This document shows, one piece after another, positions 38,899-57,823 of a stretch of DNA of 64,000 nt (position 1 is the stretch's first letter; each line of letters begins with the position of its first letter). The translations under genes and the position numbers were made by a program. Under the pieces are notes generated by a model. That model saw only the letters and a list, made by a program, of their open reading frames with translations, made no database searches and was not told where the DNA came from. Source of the DNA: the human T2T-CHM13v2.0 reference genome, Homo sapiens; NCBI RefSeq assembly GCF_009914755.1, contig NC_060926.1, one strand, 5' to 3'.

Positions 38899-39721
38899 CT
38901 TTAAAAAAAAGGAGGAGGGGAAAAAAGTCATTCTCAAAGCACAGACAGCAAATCAATCCAAACAATTTCCTTAGAAGTAGAGCTTAGAAGAAGCCAATCC
39001 AATTGGAATATTACTTTAATCTGGTTTGGCAATGAGTATATCAACCGATAAACAAAATTCTTAAAAAATAATTTTTTTGTTTTCTTAAAATTGTTAACAT
39101 TCTTTTTAGTAATAACAGTAAAGAATTTGGTAAGTTTTGTCCAGAACCACTTAAATGATTATAAACTCCAAGAATAGGCTTTACTTTCTCAGAAAACATT
39201 AAAGGTTCTTTATAATTTACTTACTATTATCATTAGTAAAATAAACCTATATCACTGCTCCTCTTCCAAAAGCTGTTTCTAACAAATCCTTTATCTTTGG
39301 TAAGTATTGCAAATTTTTAAAAACAATAATATAAATAAACTGAGGAAAGTGCATTGCCCTGTACCCCAAACTTGGAAATTCATGCTGATGAATCAGAGAT
39401 CATTTTTTGAAATGAAAACTCTAGCAAAAAGCTACACATGGGTCTTCACTTTGGCACTACCATGTTTTCATGATTCCACCACCTTTCAAGTAAAATATTA
39501 TTTAAATACTGAAGATTAGAGTTGCGATAAATATTCCAGGTACTCTGGCTTGTACTGTGTTTATTTAGTCACAGTTAAAGCAAACAGAACTACCTTTAAG
39601 TAAAATTGTTAAGTAGGTAGTTAAAAAAAAACAACTCTTATCTCTTCTGAGTTCAGAGCCCTGAAAAAGCAGAGAAAGCACTAATATCTTTTCCAGCAGT
39701 CATTTACACTAGATTATCTGA

Positions 39722-42900
<3,179 letters not shown>

Positions 42901-43148
42901 TGAGATGTCACTTTTAGCATATACTATTTAGCATATACTATGGTATTAATTCATGAATATGTAGACAGGCCAGAAAAGAAAGCCCAGAAGTAGAAACAAA
43001 TATATGTGGGAATTTATGTGGAAGGCTGAGAAAATATAGAAAAGTGAAGAAAAAATATTATTTTGAGAGATGTGGATCTCTTAGGGTAGCCTATCTTTGA
43101 AATATTACACAATTTTTCTTTAAGGTTAAAGTCTCTCTCTTCACTTAC

Positions 43149-43342
43149 TGTTTTATCTCTTTTCATTCTCTTAGAAGGTGTTTCTTTGCCAACAGGAGCT
43201 GAAACTACTCTATTCTGAGCTTGAATCTTTTGGCTGAATATGACTGCATTAGTGTCCTCTTCATGTTCCTGTGCAACCCCTTCATCATCCTCTGAGTTGG
43301 AAGCAGAATATTCGCTTTCACTGTCAGAATGAGACCTTGGAA
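43149..43342 (-). CDS. ORC2: ORC2 exon 9 (194 nt): (V)[21 protein letters not shown]...[13 protein letters not shown]
   Basis: cccccacag|TT ... ACA|gtaagt; acidic Ser-rich stretch, CDK site TPSK and a basic NLS-like patch; overlaps ORF 43014..43457. Confidence 0.96.
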
Positions 43343-43606
43343 CTGTGGGGGGAAAAATAGCAATTTGGACAATTTCATGGTTTGACAAGAGAGGCATTGT
43401 GGGGTAAAGCAAAGAGTGGGGGCTCTGTAGTAAGAGTCTGAATTCTGGTTTTGTCATTACCTGCTCATGATTTCACCAGAGCTAATTAACAAATTCTCTC
43501 AGCACCAGTTTATTTATCAAATTAATAGTACATAGTTTAATAAACCATTAGGAAGATTACATTGAAATGTATATAAAGCCACTAATAATTCCTGACACAC
43601 AGGAAC

Positions 43607-44122
43607 TGTGATAGAAATTGTTAATCATACCTAACACCGTTCTCCTTCCCTCTTCCTTGCTAACAGAACTCCAATTTTGCAAAATATGGCAATATGCCCC
43701 ATCCTAGGGGATGAATCATGGTAACTGCCTTTTTCCTCTTCAAGGTACCTGCTTTCCCAGCCTCTGCTCCAACTATGGTTGACTATGTGACCCCTTGACC
43801 AGTGAATTGAGGGAAAATAGCTGGCAGCTTCTGAGAAGGATTTTCCTCAATTACGGAAGAAAAGCCCCTATTTATACCCATCGTTTAAAGCTATGAAAGC
43901 CATTTTGCAATATGAAGTATCAAACCTAAAGATGAAAAATGCTGGTGGCAGAGTAAAAGATAGGAAGAATCTGGGTCCTTAATGATACTGTTAAGTCACA
44001 TCAACCATGGAACTTGCATCTCCATACTTGTTTTGATGTGAGATACTTAAATGTCTATGGCTTAAACTACCATTATAGAATTTTCTGTTGCTGCCTACTG
44101 AAAACGTCATACTAACTAATAT
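43607..44122 (+). mobile_element. MLT1-type MaLR LTR (old)
   Basis: tgtgatag...ccctcttccttgctaacagaactcc...gaatctgggtccttaatgatact...ctaatata. Confidence 0.65.
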
Positions 44123-45355
44123 AGCACTCAATAAATGGTACTTATGATTATAATTATTACTAATACATACACATACACCATCCCAGAGTTGATTCAAGAA
44201 TTGTCTTTTTAAACAAACCACAACCTCATCCCTACAACTCCCCAGAAATAATATAGCTAGTTTTACATTTATCAAATAAGAATAAAGCCAGTTTCACACT
44301 AAACAGGCATAAAACTGTTTTTAAAAGCTAACTTCCAAAATATGAGTGAAAAAACTTAAACAAATCAGCATATTTATTCTGAACAACAGATATACTGCAG
44401 AGGATTATCCCAAGTCAGCATGTAACAAATGTAGATATTAAAAAAAAAAAGAAAAAAAAAGGCTTGATTTTGTGGGCATATATAGCTCAGCAGATTCAGG
44501 TGTGCATTGACTGCTGCTCGTGGTACATGCACAGTTAGAAGTGGTGGCAGGTACCAGAAAGTATCTCTACCTTCTTTACATGTATGCTTCCTCCATGTAG
44601 GTATATATGTTTTGTGGTGATTAAGAAGGAAGAGGGAAGTTCACCTTCTCTCTAAAAAACAACCCATATTTGGGATGAGGAGAAAACATAAGACATGGGA
44701 TATAGTTGACATGAAATAACAATCACAACTATACAGATCTTTTACTGCTTTAATATACCAAATCATTTAGCATTACCAATTTTATGGTGATTAAAAATAC
44801 AGTTTTAACAACTCTATGAAATCCATACCTTGAAAAGAAAGGGCTATGAAGTATGAAGCCCTGATGTTAGGCTGAATTTAACAATGTTGACTAATACTAT
44901 TATTGTCAAGGGTCAACATTATGAAAGGTGTTGACATCTTCCTGATATATAAAGGTCCAGTCATTTGCCTCAAAGTTCAATATTCAAAAATCTGAAACGA
45001 TTTTTAATTTCCTAGAAGGCAGAAGCCATGTCTGTTTACTTGACTTTGTTTAGCATTCAGTACAACTATGAATATTTAATATTATTTCATTATAAAATTT
45101 CCAAATAAATCAATAGAATAATTTCCAAACTGTCTCAAAACAATTAAAAGGCATGTTATTTCATTGGAAAGACCTTTTAGCTGACTTCAATATACACTGA
45201 CTACAATGTGAAAGACATGGTGCTAAGTGTTGCAACTAAAAGCCAAAGATTCAAAACACCAAGCAGTCTAAGTCTAGAACCTATATACTTAACTATTATT
45301 GCCTCTTGTTTAGATGCTACTTTTTATAAAAAGTCATGTAAAAACAAATACGTAC

Positions 45356-45416
45356 CTATTAATCTTTTTCTTAGACTACGAGGTGCTGTTGACAGAAATT
45401 CACTTTTGTCATTGTT
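45356..45416 (-). CDS. ORC2: ORC2 exon 8 (61 nt): NNDKSEFLSTAPRSLRKRLI
   Basis: ctaaacag|AAC ... TAG|gtacgt; overlaps ORF 45324..45524. Confidence 0.95.
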
Positions 45417-46789
45417 CTGTTTAGAAATAGAAAAAGCATTAAATAATAACATGGAAATTAATGACTGATCTGAGTGAAAGAGGCTAGAAAAAAAGAAAAA
45501 TATTTTGCTTTCAATAGACTGCATTAGAACTAGATGAGCTTAGTTCCTAGAACTAGAAGATTATGACAAATGGGTTCAAACCATTCTCCTGCCTCAGACT
45601 CCCAAGTAGCTGTGATTATAGGCACGTGCCACCACACCCAGCTAATTTTTGTATTTTTAGCAGAGACAGGGTCTCACCATGTTGGCCAGGCTGGTCTCAA
45701 AACTCCTGACCTCAAGTGAACCGCCCACCTTAACCTCCCAAAGTACTGGGATTATGGGTGTGAGCCACAGCGCCCGGCCCAATGGAGTATTTTTTTAAAA
45801 GATAGTATTATGTAGCAATCATAAGTATGAAAGGGAACGGGCACCCCTATGTATATGGCAATGGGCCTTTTAATGTGCTAGAAATTTACTGGTGTTAAAG
45901 TATTACATTCTTTGAGGAGAGAAGGAGAGATTTACACTTTCTTACTTTCTGTATTTAAAAAATTGTAACTTTTTGTAGGAGTACAAAGTCTGTTTTTTTA
46001 TAGAATACTTTAATACCATAAATTGTTAGCACATTAAAACATCCACTGTTATATACCTGTAAATTTCTAATAGTACTGATAAAAAAGTTAAAGTACCCTG
46101 TGATTTTGTCAACATGACAATATGACAAAAAAATTTAAGTTTATTGTCTTGTGATAGATTGCTGGTGTCATTAAAATCTGATTTGATTTTAAGAATAGTA
46201 CTCTAGGCCGGGCACAGTGGCTCATGCCTGTGTAATCCCAGCATTTTGGGAGGCCAAGGCGGGCAGATCACCTGAGGTCGGGAGTTTGAGACCAGCCTGA
46301 CCAACATGGAGAAATCCCGTCTCTACTAAAAATACAAAATTAGCCGGGCGTGCTGGTGCATGCCTGTAATCCCAGCTACTCGAGAGGTTGAGGCAGGACA
46401 ACTGCTTGAACCTGGGAGGTGGAGGTTGCGGTGAGCCGAGATCACGTTATTGGACTCCAGCCTGGACAACACAATGAAACTCTTCCTCAGGGGGAAAAAA
46501 AAAAAAAAAGAATAGTACTCTAATAACTGAGCTAATCCCTTACCAATGGAATTACAGTATGTCTCAAATTTTTTGATCAAGATCCTCAAAAATTTTTACA
46601 TTTTGTCATCTTGACCCAGTACACGTGTATATATAACTAAAAAAAATTATAAAACAGAAATTTAAAATTCTGTTCTACTTCATTTGTTAAAAATGCAGTT
46701 TATGTCCTATTAAACTGATTTCAAGATTGAGTATTGAGATAACTTATATATATCTACACAGCTTAAGTCTGAGAATTCACAACACCTGT

Positions 46790-47253
46790 GTCAAAATAAC
46801 CACTGCAGAAAATTCCTGCTCAAAAAGACAAGACTAATAAATAATTTTTTCCTACTTGCTATAGAACATTTCTGCAAACTAATCTCTCTTGACAGTTTGC
46901 TCATTTGGGCAAACTGTTCTCCCTATCAGGACAACAGATTACTCCTAGGGCAAACAGCTTATCTTATCAACAGTTTAGTTATCAAGATACACTTTAAGAC
47001 ACGATCTTCACTGTGTCTACCAATCCTAAAATATCATGTCCCTAACTTTGCCCAATCCCAATCAGTTTACCATTTTGAAAAACCTGCTTTAAGCCACTTG
47101 AGCCCAGGATCCCCAAGCCCGATACATATTTTCTCTTGAACTTGCTTTTCTAAGACAGTACACTAAGATTCTGTCACAACGATGTTGTCTCTTATTGTGA
47201 TAGGTAGCTTTGTTTCATCAACAGGTTTTTCTGGTTTTTTGGGAGAGTTGACA
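46790..47253 (+). mobile_element. ERV1-type solo LTR (MER31/MER67-like)
   Basis: tgtcaa...ttgaca termini; ccaatcccaatcag and tttgtttcatcaacagg motifs; subfamily uncertain. Confidence 0.55.
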
Positions 47254-47484
47254 ATATCTTCTAATGGGTTATAATCTATAACTTGAGAAAGAATAATCTA
47301 AATTCTTGATTAGATTATGGCAATGAGTTTTTTTCCTTTTATAGTGATAGAACACACAAGACATAAGAAAAAAGCATTATTAAAGACAAATGAAAGTCTG
47401 GCATGTCTAATCCCATACCTAGACTTGTCTAAATAGGACATTCCTGCACAGGCCATAACCATGGCCTTAAATGTCTATACTGAC

Positions 47485-47916
47485 TGTGGAGACAAAAGTT
47501 ACTCCATCTTGGATGCTAATCCATCACGTTAACTTCTGATTAGCCCCAGTCTCATGAATGCCTCCTGATTCCTACTTTATGTACTGCCTTCTGTGAAAGA
47601 ACATGTCAACCTTGATATTATCACACAAATTACTGGCTACAATGCATATAGCATTCTTGCCCTCTTGACAATTAAAGAGGGTTGCCTTTAATTATCTTGC
47701 TGGAACATGTATACCCTTTCCTTATGGTAGGTAAGCCGTGGGTCTGGGGAGTAACACTGCAGAGAGCTACCTGTCTTGTGGCTGCCCAAGACCATGCTTC
47801 TGTCTCTAATAAAATACCCTTTACAGACAAACTAAACTTGTCTGCCTTGTCCTTTGGTTTCTTGGCTCCTTTGGCATTTGGGGGATGCTTTGCATATATG
47901 GCCCTTTCATGGAACA
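47485..47916 (+). mobile_element. LTR47-like solo LTR
   Basis: tgtggagacaaaagttactccatcttggatgctaatcc...aataaa...ggaaca; TG...CA termini; near-perfect 5-bp TSD ctgac/ctcac. Confidence 0.8.
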
Positions 47917-47920
47917 CTCA

Positions 47921-48142
<222 letters not shown>

Positions 48143-48145
48143 TCA

Positions 48146-48475
<330 letters not shown>

Positions 48476-48697
48476 CTAGCTGTTCTCCTTCCTAGTCAAG
48501 TGAACTCACACAAGTCACTTTACCTCTCTGAACCTCAAATTCTCCACCTATAAGTTAGGTATTTAACTGCCAAATATCTGTAAATTACAAAGCACTATAT
48601 AAATTAAGAGATCAATTTTTTCATTGAATTTCTGGCAATTTTTCATCATGTCTTACTTTGTAACACTAAGGCTTTTGCTTTTTAGTCAATTGCTTAC

Positions 48698-48729
48698 CTT
48701 CGGTTGAACCTTGTCTGAAGCAGAATGGC
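48698..48729 (-). CDS. ORC2: ORC2 exon 7 (32-nt microexon): (G)HSASDKVQPK
   Basis: ttctttag|GC ... AAG|gtaagc; needed to keep the frame between the flanking exons. Confidence 0.93.
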
Positions 48730-49482
48730 CTAAAGAATGAAACAAAAAGCCATGACTTACTACGGACACTTCACTTTTCATTGTGGTCTAGTTTCATTAA
48801 AAGTAAAGTTTGCCAGGCATGGTGGCTCACATCTGTAATCCCAGCACTTTGGGAGGCAAGGCAGGAAGATTGCTTGAGGCCAGGAGTTCAAGACCAACCT
48901 GAGCATCATAGCGTGATCCTGTGTCTATTCAAAAAATTAAAAATTAAAAAAAAAAAAAAAAAGCAAAGTTGCAGCTTCTACATAGAAGCCACCACATTAT
49001 TACTGAATTATAAATTAATTCCATCTCCACCGGAGGATTATCACTATTAGTTTCATGATTACTCACATTTTTAACAGCTACTTCCTGCATTTCTGTAGCA
49101 TTCTAACAAGAAAAACGGAGCCCTTTTAAATTTTGATTATTGAAAAGTACAACTGTCCAGGAGCGGTGGCTCACGCCCGTAATCCCAGCACTTTGGGAGG
49201 CCAAGGCAGGAGGATCGCTTGAGGTCAGGAGTTAGAAAACAGCCTGACCAACAGGGTGAAACCCCATTTCTACTAAAAATGCAAAAATTAGCTGGGCATG
49301 TTGGCAGGTACCTGTAATCCCAGTTATTCAGGAGTCTGAGGCAGGAGAATTGCTTGAACCCAGAAGGCAGAGGTTGCAATGAGCCAAGATCACACCACTG
49401 CACTCCAGCACTCCAGCACTCCAGCCTGGGTGAAAAGCGAGACTCCTTCTCAAAAAAAAAGAAAAAAAAAAAAGTACAATGG

Positions 49483-49655
49483 AGCCAGACACAATGCGGT
49501 GTGCTTATAGGCCCTGTTACACGAGAGGCTGAGGCTAGAGGATCACTTGAGCCCAGGAATTCAAGGCTTTAATAGTGTGCTGTAATTGTGCCTGTGAATA
49601 GCCAATGCACTTCAGCCTGGGCAACATAGCGAGACCCTGTCTCTAAAAAATGAAA
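49483..49655 (+). mobile_element. FAM (fossil Alu monomer, 7SL-derived)
   Basis: Monomer keeps the 7SL-like segment gcctgtgaatagcca...gcaacatagcgagaccctgtctct that dimeric Alus lack. Confidence 0.8.
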
Positions 49656-50134
49656 AAAACAGAAATGTCGGCAAGTGACATTGGTGTTCAAAAACAAAAA
49701 CAAAAATATAAATAAAGAGCAACGAAATGTACACTTTTTAATCTAGTTAGAATGGATCATTCAAAAACAGCTGCTCCACAATCTGTAAGACTTCCAAACT
49801 CCAAACGCCTTATTTCATATAGTATTTCCCAAAGCCAAATCTTCTATAAATAATTGGCTAACTCAAGCACATGACAACAGGACTTAAAGACTATTTCTGG
49901 TTAACCCTGTCAATTTGCACAACTTCAGTTAGCACAGATATTTTTCCCTCTTACTGACTGCTAAACACGGGTATACTAAGGTACATGAGTTGAAATATTA
50001 ATTGCATTTTGTTGAATGAATTTTCAGAAAAGAAGAAAATATATATAAAAATTCACAAACAAGGAAAAAAGTAACATGCTCTATCTTGAAGCAACTATGA
50101 AAATTCTTTTCAAAGAACTAATGTAATGTCTTAC

Positions 50135-50227
50135 CCTTGCTACTTTGAGGAACGTTTATCGTAATCTCAGGATCATTCTTCAAACTGAATGAAACACTTT
50201 TTTGTGGTGTTTTTGCTAGTTCTGAAG
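50135..50227 (-). CDS. ORC2: ORC2 exon 6 (93 nt): (A)[30 protein letters not shown]
   Basis: tttacag|CT ... AGG|gtaaga; contains the CDK site T116 (TPQK) and the RVxF-type motif KSVSF. Confidence 0.95.
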
Positions 50228-51617
50228 CTGTAAACAAAGAAATATATAAAAACCTTTTAAAGGACAACAGTAGATAAAGAGGGAAATAACCTTATTACGC
50301 TTACAAAAATTCTTTAAAAACCTCTGTTACTTTTATCAGAAAAATAATCCTACCCATATTAGGAGTAATACTGCTTTCACCTTTATTAGCTGTCTTCCCA
50401 GAATCTTCAAATTTTCCTTCATATTACCCACAGATTTCTTTAAAAGAAAATACAAATAACTAACTTTGACCTTGCTGCTTTCTCTAATTACCATACTCTC
50501 CTCTCCATCAACCACTTATGTTCCTTTCATTTCTTACCATATATAGTTGAGGCACATCTTTGATGGGGGGTGAGAAAGAAGGGCCAGAAAGTGAGATCTA
50601 AAATCAAGTGAAAACTGTGCAGAGTTAAAATTATACTTTAAAATCTTTTAAATCTTCCATAAAGTGTGAACAGTTTATTTTGTGCCAAAAAGTCTATAAT
50701 ACATATAAATAATACATAAAATAGAGTGTTGAACAGATGGCCATTTCTTCAACCGAGAATAAATGGAATAGTGGTCTTTTGTTTAGGGGCCATTTTATTT
50801 TTACTTTAACAATTTTCTTTCTCTCGCTTTTTTTTTCTAAAGACCAAAGACCAAATCACTTATAATAGAGGCCATTTTAAATAAAAAAATATAAGTGTTA
50901 TCTTTAATGATGCTCTCACACTCACACCATGAGAGGCATGTGGAAAATGAACCCAAATGAAGAAACAGATTTACCTTTTCCAAGTTAACTCTCACACTGG
51001 GACACTGTTCACTGAGAAAAAGGGCACATACCAAATTAACTGCTTTTTTGCTTTTTTTCTCTAAATGGAGAAGGTGTAGTTAAATTTGTACAAGTGAAAG
51101 CCATTTTACTGGCTCCTAAACCTTTCTAACCTGCCCCCATTTTTATCCTCCAGTCTTGAAACTGACCCAAAATACTCATAACAATCTCTACAAATGAATT
51201 GGCTGCTTCTTCTTCCTTAATCCCTTCGGTCTTCTATATGATTCACTAAGTTTTTTTTTTTTTTTTAATCTTCCCTTGATATTAATTCCTCCATTTGAGT
51301 CTTATGACATTATCCTGGTTCCCAAGCTACTGGTTGTGGTTATTTCATCTCTTCTTCACTGTCCTCAGCCTCCTCAACATTCTAGGCATACTTAAGGCTC
51401 AGTCCTTGCTCTTCTCTTTATGTCATTTTTGGATTAAAGGCTGATTCACAGGATAGGGAAAAAACTTCATATGAAAAGAAGCAACAAAAGCAACTTAGCT
51501 GAGATCATTTTGGTGTTATACTGAAACATAAAAATGCTCCACCTGATTTTAAATAACTATTAAACTACAAAGGAGCCAGGGAGAAAAGAATAAAAAGGAA
51601 GAATTGAAGAGGATTAA

Positions 51618-51803
<186 letters not shown>

Positions 51804-52366
51804 TAGTAGAGCGGGGGTTTCACCATGCTGGCCAGGCTAGTCTCAAACTCCTGACCTCGTGATCTGCCTGCCTTGGCCTCCCAAAGTGCTGGGATTACAG
51901 GTGTGAGCCACCGCGCCCGGCTAAGATAGTCATTTTTGTGAGCACACAGAGATAGGCAGACATTCCAACACCTCTTGGATGACTCAACATGTCTAATAAG
52001 CACCAGGCACAATGCCTAGTACAAGTACCTGTCGCCCAGGAGTACACTGGCGTGATCATGGCTCACTGCAGCCTTGACCTCCTGGGCCCAAGCAATCCTC
52101 CCACCTCAAACTCCCAAATAGCTGAGACCACAGGCGTGCGCCACTATGCCTAGCTAATTTTTAAATTTTTGTAGAGACTGGGTCTTCCTATGTTGCTCAG
52201 GCTGGTTTCAAACTCCTGGCCTCAAGTTCTCCTCCCGCCTCGGCCTCTCAAAGTGCTAAGATTACAAGCATGAGTCACCACGCCCAGCGGTGAATCACTA
52301 TTTAACACATAACTTTGTGTTTAGTTATGACTATGAATGGCAAAAAGTTACAGTGTTTCTTTATGT

Positions 52367-52581
52367 CAGGGGTCAGCAAGCTATAAGTCTATGGGGCCAA
52401 ACCCAGCCTTTCCACTTGTTTTAAGTACAGCTTTATGTAGCCACACCATCCATACGTATTGTCTGTGGCTGCTTTTCAGCTACAACAGCCAAGTTCAGTA
52501 GTCACAACAGAGACTGTCTAGCTCACAGAGCTGAAAATATTTACTGTCTGGCCCTTTACAGAAAAAGCTGGCTGACCTTTG
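52367..52581. mobile_element. MER58A (hAT-Charlie MITE)
   Basis: TIRs caggggtcagca and gctgacctttg; aaaatatttactgtctggccctttacagaaaa signature. Confidence 0.85.
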
Positions 52582-52722
52582 CTCTGTATTAATCATCTAC
52601 ATGCACACTTTCAATGCATGTGTACAGTTTTTATTCTTTTCTTGCTCCTATGTCATATTTGTTTTTGATGATATTAAATGAAATGTAATGGCATGGCTGT
52701 TGACTCTATTAATAGAAAATTA

Positions 52723-52857
<135 letters not shown>

Positions 52858-54164
52858 TTAGCCAGGTGTGGTGGCGTGTGACTTTAGCCCGAGCTAAAGG
52901 GACACTGAGGAAAGGAAGCTGAGGCAGGAAAATTGCTTGAGCCTAGGACATGGAAGTTGCAGCAAGCCAAGATTACACCACACGTTCCAGCCGGGGCAAT
53001 ACAGTGAGACCCTTAAAAAAAATTATGATATTATTTGTGGGCTTGCAAAAAAAAATAGGGCATAAATTTTGTATCTTTATATTCATTATTCTATTAATTC
53101 ATCTGTATTGTATTTTACACAATAAACTGGTCTCTGTCTAATGATAGCTTTAGATTAGTCTATTATCTGGTCCTATCTAACCAATCTATTTTCTAATTTT
53201 TTTAAAAAGATACTTATTTTCTTTTACCTCATTTATATTTATCTGCTCCTCTGTTGATGAACATTTAGCTTGATTCCATATCCTGGATATTGCAAAATAA
53301 TACTGCAATGAACACGGGAGTGCAGATATCTCTTCGACATACTCATTTCATACCCTTTGGGTATATATCTAGTAGTGGGATTGCTGGATCTCAATCTATT
53401 TTTAATTTACCCATTTATTTCTCCAGCCTGACTGAACTCCTCACTTTCTTCTCTACCTGGTACTTCTACTTTTGCTCTTTTGTTTACATTTATTTTCTTA
53501 CTCTAGATACATTCTCTGTATTTTACAAAGCCTTCCTATCTAACTTATAGTCTATTTCTAGCCCTATATCTTGGTTAGCCCAATTATATGAAAATCTATT
53601 TTTTTTTTTAATTTTTTTTTATAGAGACAAGGTCTCACTAGGTTGCACGGGCTGGTCTCAAACTCCTGGGCTTAAGTGATCCTCTTACCTTTTCCTCTCA
53701 AAGTGTTGGGATTATAGGTGTGAGCTACCATGCCTGGACAAAATCATCATTTATACTCAGAATAACATATGATTTTCTGGCAGATCATGTTATTTATTAA
53801 ATATTAAGGCATTCTATTTTACTGATATATTTAGATGTAAACACAATTAGCAACAATACTTAATGAGTCAATGAAATTCATTAAAGAGCATCATAACTAA
53901 ACAAAGATTATAGAAAGTCTGATCAGTCTGTTAAACTGCGTTCCTGAAATTTCATGGTCATAATAATAAAGACGAAATATCTATAAAACTATCTTCTCAT
54001 GACTTTAAAATGTGTATTTCTTTCAGATATGATGACAGAAATGCGCAGAATGAGGATAATATTCCAGTTTTATGCAGTGCTTACAAATACAACACATTAT
54101 CATCTTTAAGTTATGAGCATGCTAATTCTCCAAATGGAGAACTACTACTTGATTACTCCTGTGA

Positions 54165-54673
<509 letters not shown>

Positions 54674-54946
54674 TAGATAATAAATACTAAGAAACACATC
54701 AATTAATGTAAATTATTGTATGTACCATGTTATGTTCAAAATCAGTAATGTATTTAATGTTACACATTTTAGAAAAACTAAACTGATTTTGGCAACTGAT
54801 TAACTTATATTCAGAAATACAGGTTTTATAATTACTTCTCATATATTCCTCATCAGTGTCAACATTTAACATATTTTATTTTTACTTGACCTTGAATGTT
54901 TACATGTGTCATTGGCTACAGTGATTGAATAAAAACAAACCACTGA

Positions 54947-55599
<653 letters not shown>

Positions 55600-55646
55600 T
55601 GATCCACCTGCCTCGGCCTCCCAAAGTGCTGGGATTACAGGCGTGA

Positions 55647-55805
<159 letters not shown>

Positions 55806-55968
55806 TGAAAAATAATTGACAGTTTAATTTTAAGGTTATATGTAATTTATTACAGCTTAGTTCTCTGAAAATCAGCAACTGAAGTGTTAATTGGTATAGG
55901 TGGTAACTCAAGTAAGAAAAATGTTAGAAGACCATTACTAATAACTTTATATAAGCATTTTTCTGTAA

Positions 55969-56217
<249 letters not shown>

Positions 56218-56405
56218 TAGCCAGGCTGGTCTCAAACTCTTGACCTCAAGGGATCTGCCTGCCTCCTGCCTCAGCTTCCCAAAGTGCTGGGATTACAGCC
56301 GTGAGCAACCATGCCCAGCAAAACTCTTATTTATTAATCAATTCAGAATATCTCTATGTGATTCTCACTTGTTACTTCAAAAAAATTTGTGAAGAAACTA
56401 AGCTA

Positions 56406-56573
<168 letters not shown>

Positions 56574-56584
56574 TCAGCTACTCA

Positions 56585-56689
<105 letters not shown>

Positions 56690-57003
56690 TTAAAAAAAAA
56701 AAAAAAGAAACTAAGCTACATATTTTGGAGAGGACTAAAGAAAAACAAAGACTGTGCACATACTACAAGAAGCTTATAATCTAGCTGAAAACAGAAGACA
56801 TCTGAGCATGAAAAAAACAAATGAACTTAATTGTGCTTAATATAACATCCTTCTTTTAGGGAACGTCTCATTATTCCCTAAACCATAGGGAATCTCTCTT
56901 CATTCTTTTAGGAAATGTAGTGGTATAATAATCATGGGGAATGTGGTTAAATCTACCTTAGGAAAGATGAGTAATAGTTATAGAAATCAGAAAAGCAACA
57001 TAC

Positions 57004-57093
57004 CTAATTTAGCCATCTTTTCAGAGTGTTTTCTATTCTGAAAAGAATAAACTTTATTTCCACCACCTGTAGCAGAGCCATTTTTCAATGATT
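57004..57093 (-). CDS. ORC2: ORC2 coding exon (probably exon 5, 90 nt): (E)[29 protein letters not shown]
   Basis: Minus-strand acceptor tttctttcag|AA, donor TAG|gtatgt; matches human ORC2 about aa 80-110; upstream exons lie beyond the window. Confidence 0.95.
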
Positions 57094-57615
57094 CTGAAAG
57101 AAAAAAATGCAATATACATTTAGGAAAAAAGAACAAAATTAACAGAAAAAAATTTTAACAAAAAAACTTAAGATTTGTACCCCTCATAGCCTTGCATAAA
57201 GATTTAACTATATTTATATATAAAATATTTGGAAATACATAGTAAAGAAAACAGGCTATGAAACTGTTTATATAAGTTTTAACATGCTATTCAAAGATAC
57301 ACAGACATCTATGTAAAAATACAAAACCATAGCAAAACCCCAGATTAGAGGGATATGCATTCAATTCCTAGTAACAGTTGTCCCTGGGAAGGGAGGACTA
57401 AAGGGAGTTTTTTGGTTATATTTATTTTCTGAAGCAAAGATGAAAAGTACAATTGTTGAGGTTGAGATTTAAACAGCTGTTTTATGGTAGAAGCTTTCTT
57501 GGCCGGGCGCAGTGGCTCACACCTGTAATCCCAGCACTTTGGGAGGCTGAGCCAGGTGATCACGAGGTCAGGAGATTGAGAGCATCCTGGCTAACACAGT
57601 GAAACCTCGTCTCTA

Positions 57616-57823
<208 letters not shown>

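Noticed and set aside
49483-49655. Possible 7SL (SRP RNA) pseudogene
   Set aside because: The central S domain is missing; the structure fits a FAM monomer
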